DNA from: Bugula neritina
Lineage: Eukaryota; Animalia; Bryozoa
Length of the DNA: 64,000 nt
Direction of reading: 5' to 3'
Assembly (NCBI GenBank): GCA_964035545.1
Contig: OZ037773.1
Location: 5,919,751-5,983,750, forward strand
Part shown: piece after piece, positions 55,129 to 64,000 of the stretch
How positions within the stretch are numbered: the stretch's first letter is position 1
Layout of the letters: each line of letters opens with the position of its first letter
The notes under the pieces: model-generated
What the model was told of the DNA's origin: nothing
The model's input: the letters and a program-made list of their open reading frames with translations, nothing else
Databases searched by the model: none
Position numbers and translations under genes: made by a program

Positions 55129-56062
55129 CTTCAAGTTTTTTTTTATCTCAAAGTCTTTAATGTTTCAGTTTTTGCTTTTCTACAGTAGCCTTATAACCAA
55201 CAAGGGCAATTAATGTCCTTGCATTAGATGTTTACATGTACATTTACTTGTAACTATTGGATGGCGCTTAATTAAGCCATCTGCTAATATAATAGAAACA
55301 TTTCCAACTAAAAATTTGAATTGTGTCTCTACTTTTTATACTCTGTGATGGAAAGTTATAACTGTTAGCTTTGAATAGATTGCCTATTACAGTACCTACA
55401 GACTTCTACCAGCATATTGACCGTGTTACTTATAGTTTATAATATAGAGTCAAGGTAAAAAATGATGCACTATGATGTTAAGCTTCATCCAATCATAGTG
55501 CAGTAGTGGTATAAAAACCTCTTAAGAAACAGCAAAATAGTAGAAAATACATTTATTAATAATAAAAGTTTATATATTTGAAAAAATAAGTATCATGATT
55601 AATAAACAATGGAAGCTACAAATATATTATATTGGAAGACATACGCATACAATTTATACAATTCATTTTATTCATTTAAACAATTAACCAATACAGAACA
55701 CCATATCTCCTGCACTGATTGCAGAATTCTTTTCATAAATACTTAGAGTTGTTTCCCCACAAAAATATAGAAAATATGTAAATTCTTTCAGAATTTACTG
55801 TGATACTCTAACAGCTGCTGTGTTATCACAAGTATAAACACGAAATTTAATATAGATAAATCCATATTATCAACTCCAACGTATGATATGATCACATTTA
55901 TTGCATGTGTTATCTATTTATTTTACTCAATTTAATCAGATAAAGGCATATGTGTGTCCTGTGAACTTTAGGGGAGTAAATCACAAAGTTTTGCCATCAC
56001 ATGCATACAAAGCTGACTATAGGCAAGAGGACAGACAGACACTGGACGGACAGACAGACAGA

Positions 56063-59000
56063 CTAAACAATAGGAAGTAAACAGTCTACAGTTGCCTTTA
56101 GCCAATTAGCAACAGCCTCAGCTCCAGGGTCGACCCTAGTCTGTCTCTCTACAGGGGTGTAGCTGGCCCGCCCTGCCTTAGCCTTCATGTTTGCAGTTGA
56201 GTCTGCACCACGCCTGGCAGCCTTCAAATACACCAACACAATACTTAATCATCGTTTTACAACAAATACTCAAGTTTAAAACAGATATATTTTTAGATGT
56301 ACAACATTTAGACAAGCCCAGCATGTTCCACATAATTCATAAAAAGTAATGCACTATTCATACCAGTGGATTTTAATTTACATCATTGCAGAGATGACTT
56401 TTGTGACAAGCAATTAAATAAATACAGCAGCTTCCTAAACGGTAGCAGTCAGTTAGATATAACCAAGCTGTCAACAAATTATAAGTCAGGTGATACCATT
56501 TAGGAGCAGAAGTGCAGAAGTGCAGAAATGCAGAAATTGAGATAACCTAAGTTCTTTATTTCTATTATTAAGTTCTGGTTTAGGCGCAGGTCAAAATTCT
56601 TATGAGAACATAACTTCTTATGCTACATTTCTAATCTAGAACACGGGCTCTTCACAACTTCTCCATTACTGCACCTACTATCACATTTACTGGAAAAGGA
56701 CAAGAGACATACCTGTGTGCTATCAGCTAGTAACTCAGCTAGTGGCTTGTTGGGCTGTTTGAGGGCCTCAAGGGCTGGAATCAGAGCGTCTAGCTAGAAT
56801 GGAGTAGAAAACCCACATCAATATAAAACTCACTTTTCACAGTTACAATCTTACTGCAGACTCTGATAGAAAAGGTTTGTAGGTCAGCTATATTAGTATT
56901 CTCTCCCAGTAAAGATAGGGCAACTCTGAGAAGCACTAAAAATTGTGATGCCATTTGAGGAGCAGCTGGTTTGTAGGCACAGCTGAGAGAGAATAGATAA
57001 AGCTGGACAAGAAAGTAAACACGAAATGTGCGTATCTGTAGTATAAGTAGAGATGTGTTAAACTCTGTTGGGATAGCAAAGAACTCTCTTACCATAGTTC
57101 TGTCACCTGCCTCACTTCTCCCGTACTTCCTGATTGCTGCCACACCGCTGTCGAACGCTCTGACCACACTGTCAGCACTGACATCAGAGACCAGCTCCGC
57201 GGCAGCAGCAGAAAAGAAGAGTCCATACAACTACAAGATAACGTGATAGAAAGTAAAGTTGTGTTTATACCTCTGCTGAAAAAAGTACCAGGTTTTAGTT
57301 AATATCACTTGCCTTTTATAGTTTTACTAATACAAGATATTTCGATGTTTTTAGGATATTGATTTTAAACCAAATATGTTGCTTTCTATTAGACCTCAGG
57401 CTAAACATAACACAAGCAGACGAGAGCTGTCCTGAACCCCCCCCCCCTTAAAGTTAATTTAGAGCATTGTGAGCGCCAGTTGCAGTAACATTTACCTTGA
57501 AGTTAAGAGTTTGCTTGGGATGGTGTCATGTGAAAAACTTCAACGTGATCAAAAATTTTATAATTTATTTGTTCAAATGGCACAACATTTGACAGAGTCA
57601 AAAATCTCAAGGCATTTTGTAGTCACTATCCCTGTGAGAATTCCTGATGGTAAGGGTTTTTATTTCTAAAGATTTTTTCTAACACGGTTCTATAGAAGCA
57701 ATTATGACTATAGATGCTCTTCCTAACATCACCGCTAGTGTTTGGATTTGAACCACTGACCTTGTGTTTACTATACCAGCACTCTAACCACTACACTATA
57801 GGCTGGTTTGTTTTGACAGACTCAAGACTATTAAACTAAAACATTAGCAAACAATGGCAGGTAGAGCTTTACACTGTGCAAGTTAAAAAGCTACACAATA
57901 TATACCATCACATTATAGCCACTAAATTCTACTACTCTGGTAATAGTACACTCACAGCCCCTGATGTGCCTCCCATGTTTAGCTCTATCACAGAGGATAT
58001 TTTAGAGAAGACAACTGCTGGCTTTTGTAGGCGAGACAATTCCTCGGAATTTATATACTCTGTTATGGCTACAATAACATGGTTGTGGACAGTGATAGTT
58101 CTCTCACAAACATTCTATTTTCGCTATGACAGCTAAATGTATGCAACACTAGATAAAATAACTCCAAACTGTAGAATTCTTAAGCTACAAAAAATGATAT
58201 CTATTGGTGGGTGTCATAACAATATAATATAGCTTTTTGATGGTTTAATAAATTTATTTTGATATTTAGCTATTAGGTATATTTCACACAAGTACACTAC
58301 AAATTGGTCTACCTTAGCTTATTATAAATAAACCTATATATATTATATAAATAATATAAAAACATTATATTATGTATATAATATATGATATATTATATAA
58401 TATCAATTATATATATTATGAATTATATAACATTCCAGATTCAGTATATGTGCATTCAATCTGTATAAACACTAATGGCTATGACTATTACAGCCATACT
58501 AACATAAATACCAGAGTTGTCTACTGCTGCATATATACAGGGAGTTCAAGACCACATACCTAGGCAGCCCTGAGTGAGGGTGGTGCCAGTATCTCCATCA
58601 CCACACCCTTCATCTAGCTCATTCAGATGAGACTTGGCCTCAACTAAACTCTTACACGCTGACAGGACAGCAGATTTGATAAGCTGAGCATGCTCTGTAA
58701 CAACAGCAGCGAGTTCTTAGCAACTGGCAGCAATATATTATAGATAGTATTACAACATGCAGCTAGACAAAGTACCACCTCTATATTCAGCAAAAGTAGA
58801 ATAGCTATAATTTTCACTTACTTGTTTTATATTTGCTTCATTGCTTTCTATATAGGGATTATGTATACTATCCAACATAAACATCATAAGTAAACTTTGC
58901 ACTTCAGAAAATACAACTTTTATCCAACAACTACAGACTATAAAACTATTGTATATGTACTCAGACTATAAAACTATTGTATATGTACTCAGACTATAAA

Positions 59001-62000
59001 ACTATTTTACAAATACCCAGACTATAAAACAAATGTAGTGCTAATAATTTATATTTACCCAAAGAAACACTGACAGCTAAAATCTGCAAGCTGTCCGTGT
59101 TGTTCACTATCTTATCAGAGCACATGCTATCTGTGACATCTGTCAGTGAAGTGTCACTTCTCCATGGAGCAGTCCAAGCAGGTGCTTGTGTTGGGAAATC
59201 CAAGTACTTTAACAGAGTGTCATCTACCTGGCAGGATACTAAAACATTTGGAGTTGTCAAACTTTGCAAAGGAATGACAAGTCATAACTGCCAATGGGAG
59301 AATAACAAGCAAACTTGAATAATTAGTTAGTTAAGCCATTCATGAAAGCAACATCTTTGTGTGGCAGTTTGTCATTGGATAACATCAGTGAGTATCATCC
59401 AATCAAATTGACTGTTTGACATAGAAATGCAGAATGAAAAATCAGCAGATAGAAACATGGTGTAAGAGAAACTGGAGAAAGGATAGGAGTCAAACCTTCA
59501 GTATAGTAAGAGATATTCCAGGCATGTCCAGCGAAGTGACAAATGTACCACAATACGCTCGGCAGACATGAATATTCTTTGTTTCTAATAAAAAGAGAGA
59601 ATATTAGCTGTGTGCTAACATTATACCATGTTTAGTACTACCTGTGTGCTAACATTATACCATCTTTATTACCAGAATGCCAAATATTTATGTGTACTAT
59701 AAATTAACAAGGATCATTAAATGAAACAATAGACCATGAAATACTTTTCATTACAACTTACTATTAAAGCAAATAGCCCATTAACCTATTTTGTAGTTAG
59801 TAAATTTTATAGAATACAGTAATACAACTTTTTAAGACTTAAAGAATATGAGATTATTGCGATATGCAACCAGTTACAGTTGTTGACTGTTTTCTATAAA
59901 TATTTTCAGAGCTACTTTTCATTCATTTGTCAACAGAAACTAAACATTAAAGAATAGCAATCTGTTATAAGAATGATAAAAGTTCATCTCCGTATCTGTT
60001 TATATACCAGCCTGTGGCATAAATGACGTAAATTATACTCTGCTATAGTTACTCACCACATAAACTGAGTATTTCTTTAGCAACAATATTGAGTTCCAGA
60101 TAAGATGTGCCACCTAGGTTATTGATTACTACAGCCACCTTCTCTCCTGAAATAATAGAGAAAATCATATATTTGAGAAGTTATACAATCTTTATAATGT
60201 ACTTTCTCTTTCTTTATAAAATCCACATCAGTATTCATTCAGCCAAAGAAAAACAATGCATGACTTTTAAGTTTAGAATACATACAATATGGCATTCAGT
60301 TTAGATGTAAATAAAGTACAACTACAAGTAAAACTTAAGTAGCTTTTAGCTAAAGGTAAATTTGAAAGCAGCTTTTTCTAATGACAAGTAGAAATTCACC
60401 TTCATCTAGAGATAAATGAGATGCGCTGTTAGGGTTGGTCATGTGATTGTACAGCTCTCGTATCAGCTGTGCTGCCGGCATAGCTTTAGTTCTCTTGACA
60501 CCCGCCTCTCCGTGAATACCTGCATAGACAGAGAGGTGTGTACTGCATTCACAGATTAGCATAATTCATTGCACTCAAGCTAAATGAGCAATGGTTCAGA
60601 CACAGGCAGAATGTGTGATTGTATTAGTTGCATTCAGACTAAGCAGGCAAGTTAACTGTACTTAGACTATACAGGTAAGGGAGCTATACTCAGACTATAC
60701 AGGTAAGTCAGTTACATTCAGACTATACAGGCAATTCAAATGTACGCAAACAATAATATACATTTTTATATGCAATACGAAAAATACGAAAATAATTTGC
60801 TAATCCTAATAATAAACACACTGAAATATATAATCTGCCAAAATATAGCCATAAAAGTTTGAACTCAAGTAACTAAAGTAAAAATAACAGTCGATTTTTA
60901 AAGAAATTAACTTTCCTGATGGAAGAAAATTAAAATTTGAAGTCATACTATATTAGTTTAGATAGAAAAGTGTGATGAAATTAGAAACTGGGATATTACT
61001 AACTCAATATAGAGTATAGACAGTAATAATTGAAAGATTAGAAGCAATCACTGCTGAGACAGCGGAATGGCAGATATTAAGACTGACTCGTGTAAGTGAA
61101 GGTAGAACTTGAAAAGTAAGAAGTAAGTTAACATGAAATATCTAAAAGCTAAAGATTTGAACAGGTGTCACTACCTAGCCCAAGTTCTACTTCTTCAGGG
61201 CCGAGTGTGAAGAGAGGCTGGGGACTGCCCGGGAGACAGCAGGGTCCAAGGCTAACTCCAATAGTTCCTACAGAACACAATATAAATACATCCTAGTAGA
61301 GGCTCTAAGAATGAATGCCATTTGAGTAGGGGACGCTGTAGCATCCAACCAACTAGTCAAAGTTATAAGGTCTCATTTTGCAGAAATGCTTTCCTTTAAA
61401 ATGCTTTCAACCATAACTATTCAATCTATCTAGTAACAGAAATATTGGTTTAACCAATTTAAATATATTCTTTAAAATACATCTCTATTTATTTTAGTAA
61501 GCAAAAAAGTTGAAAAATTAATAACGATTTGACATAAACTAACTCCAAATGTATAAAAGCTTAATTTTTTTAAACTAAAAATAGGCACATTTCAGTGCAA
61601 ACAACAGTAGAAAAGCCAATAGACTGAGGGCACATGACTCCAGCCTGCGGAGAGGGGCGGCATGGTGACTCACCCATACTAAGATTAACATGTCTACATG
61701 TGGAGACAATATCCTCTAGACATCTCCCATCTTCACTCATTGCACCAGCTACCTGAAGGTAAAGTAGTATTACACAAGAATAACATATAGTATACTAACA
61801 TCCAGTAGTTATTCGTGAATAGAATACAAACAGCTACCAATCCATAGGTTCCCAGGGAGAAATAGAGAGTTTCACAAGGCTTCATACCATGGTGTAACAT
61901 TATAAATACGTTTGATTTCTACTGATAATAAGAAATGAACATTGTTCAACTACAAAATATATAATCCACCAGGCCAGCAGGGAGGCACAGGGAAAAATTC

Positions 62001-63757
62001 AATGGGTTAAAGACCATCCCGGAAGCTAGCCTAGCTATTAGGTGTAGAAAGAAATAAACTGAGATGAAAGGTTAAATTGAGGTTAAAGGTTAAACTGAGG
62101 TGGCATATTATACTGAGAATGGCTTTTTATTTAACAAATATTGACCTAAATTAGAGCATAATGAAAAGACAACTGCTTTATTGCAATGCAAAATTCCACA
62201 GAATTATTTCAATAGCAGATACACCATGCATCAATTAAAAACATGAAGTTTTTATCATTTTAAATTTGAACAGTTTACAAAAGCGATGGCATGATATTTC
62301 AGTATAATAAATTTCATAATAATATTACTATTCTGATGACTAATAACTTATTAACAACCTCATTTTCAATAATGTTTGATTCACAGTACTTTTGTATATA
62401 TTATTAGTAAGCTTAAAATTTAGTCGACTAAATAGTAAACAGCAAAAATGTGTATTATAGATAAAGCTTGAAGGATACAATAAACCATGACCTTAATAAT
62501 ACAGTAGTTGAACATTACAAAGACAACTAAAAGTATCATAATTCATGAGACATGCTTATCATTAAATACAAAAACCTTAAAAATATCTAATCTTTGAATG
62601 AAAATTTACAAGCTAATTTTTCAGGAATTGATAACTAGTTGCGAAAATACATAAAAAAATAAATTACACAGCTCACATGTATGTATATGTAAATCATGTT
62701 CAGATAAACAGGTAAGCATTACCAATTTTATCCTTTGATTATAATTATATATTAAGCATTTCATAGCACTAGATTATTGATAATAATAACTATAAACAAA
62801 GTTATATTCCTACCTTGTCTATGAGCATTGAGCCACATAGACCTCTACGACCAGCGCTGCGGTCTGCAGAAGTCAATGCGCAATCCTCAGCAGCCACAAC
62901 CATTTCACACTTCAGCCCCAAGGCTTTGGCTCTCTCTATGGCCAGGCCAAAGTTTACTCGATCTCCAGTGTAGTTTTTCACAACAACCAGAGTTCCAGCT
63001 GTTGCAGGAGATGGCAGAGATTGATACAAAAATTTAAGCAGATCTAATTCTAAGTAAAAAAATCTGAAAACTTGCCACGTTTCATTCAAAAAACGATTCA
63101 ATAAATGAAACCAAGTACAGCAAATAAATGAAAACACTTCAGATGTATACAATAGTATAAAATATATAAAATAGATAAAATTGGGCACAGCATAAATAAC
63201 GAACCAGGATTGCCAGATGCACAGCGCAAGATAGTCTCATATATGATTTGTGAAGGTGGAGAAGCAAATACATTCCCACAAACTGCTGCTGTCAATAATC
63301 CAGGTCCTACGTAGCCTACAAGTACACACAAAATAAACTATAAATAGTCAAATATCGGATTTAAAAATGCAACAATTACAAATTTTAACTTGAGTATAAC
63401 TTTCGCAGAAAAAAATGAGAACTTGCAGGTTCCCATAAGTTTTCTTTTTTTAATGTATCAACGATCAATATTTGATATGCAAAATCGACACAACAAGCAT
63501 TTGTTTAGTAAATTCGCTATAGCCAGTAGTCATTATGATTTTTCCTAGTTATTCTTACCAGCCCAAGCTGGTTCATGACCACTTCCACCACCACTTATGA
63601 TAGTGACTTGACTTTTCTGTTTGATCGCATCTACATCTTTGCGTATCACTACGCGCCCTCCACACATTGTGGTCAAACCACTGTTTACCATAACCAAACC
63701 CTCAATAGCATCATTCACTGCTGTTTCTGCCGAATTGATAATTTTCTTACTTGTCAT
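56063..63757 (-). CDS. TKFC: Triokinase/FMN cyclase (dihydroxyacetone kinase, Dak1+Dak2 domains), complete, ~586 aa
   Basis: 14 exons: 63757-63559, 63315-63205, 62998-62814, 61752-61674, 61267-61175, 60519-60400, 60146-60057, 59584-59496, 59227-59059, 58694-58560, 58068-57956, 57230-57093, 56793-56713, 56221-56063 (1761 nt). Motifs SGGGSGHEP, FASP, KNYTGD, GRRG, GIHGE, NNLGG, GDGDTG, MGGTSG, GDRTMLDAL, GRASY, DPGA. Confidence 0.96.
57625..57800 (-). mobile_element. tRNA-derived SINE-like element in a TKFC intron
   Basis: Minus strand TAGTGTAGTGGTTAGAGTGCTG (A box) ... GGTTCAAATCC (B box, 57744-57754), followed by a non-tRNA body beginning GGTGATGTTAGGAAGAGCATCT. Confidence 0.6.
58932..59006. 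repeat. 29-bp tandem repeat, about 2.5 copies, in a TKFC intron
   Basis: CAGACTATAAAACTATTGTATATGTACT(C) repeated. Confidence 0.85.
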
Positions 63758-64000
63758 TTTCACTAAATACCTGAGAAAAGTCACAACTAACCTAGTAAAG
63801 CAAAAGAGACGCAATTTAGTTTGATTTTATTAAAATCAGAACATATATTTAAGAGTAAGTCACCATCACCACGGTTATGGTGATTAATTATAACAAACTG
63901 CACCAGAAAAAAATCATAATCCAAATTTCGACGATTTGAAATTGATGATTATCATATTAATATTAATTACAAAATACTTAATTAAATTTAAGATCATAAT

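Noticed and set aside
57737-57800. tRNA gene
   Set aside because: A and B boxes are present but there is no convincing acceptor stem, and it continues into a SINE-like body.

Overview
AT-rich, intron-rich eukaryotic DNA from an invertebrate animal; the species cannot be determined from sequence. All exon models below were spliced and translated by hand (GT-AG boundaries and phases checked), with no database searches. Left to right: (1) two tandem cyclase-family (KynB/isatin-hydrolase-like) genes, probably secreted or GPI-anchored, flanking a 2-exon acidic orphan; (2) a 9-exon divergent Dishevelled-like gene with PDZ and a degenerate DEP but no recognisable DIX; (3) a 4-exon single-pass membrane protein resembling a transmembrane signalling adaptor; (4) an hAT-type MITE; (5) a GM2-activator/ML-domain gene; (6) a ~21-kb cluster (33.8-55.1 kb) of 11 genes/pseudogenes from two unrecognised families of small, Cys-rich, ~4-TM proteins; (7) a complete 14-exon TKFC gene. 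The cluster was built by segmental duplication of an A-B-A/B cassette. It carries conserved NF-kB-type sites in its promoters, a stranded piece of TKFC, and two back-to-back palindromes near its edge. It is the best candidate for an undescribed, possibly inducible immune, system; the DIX-less Dishevelled is second.
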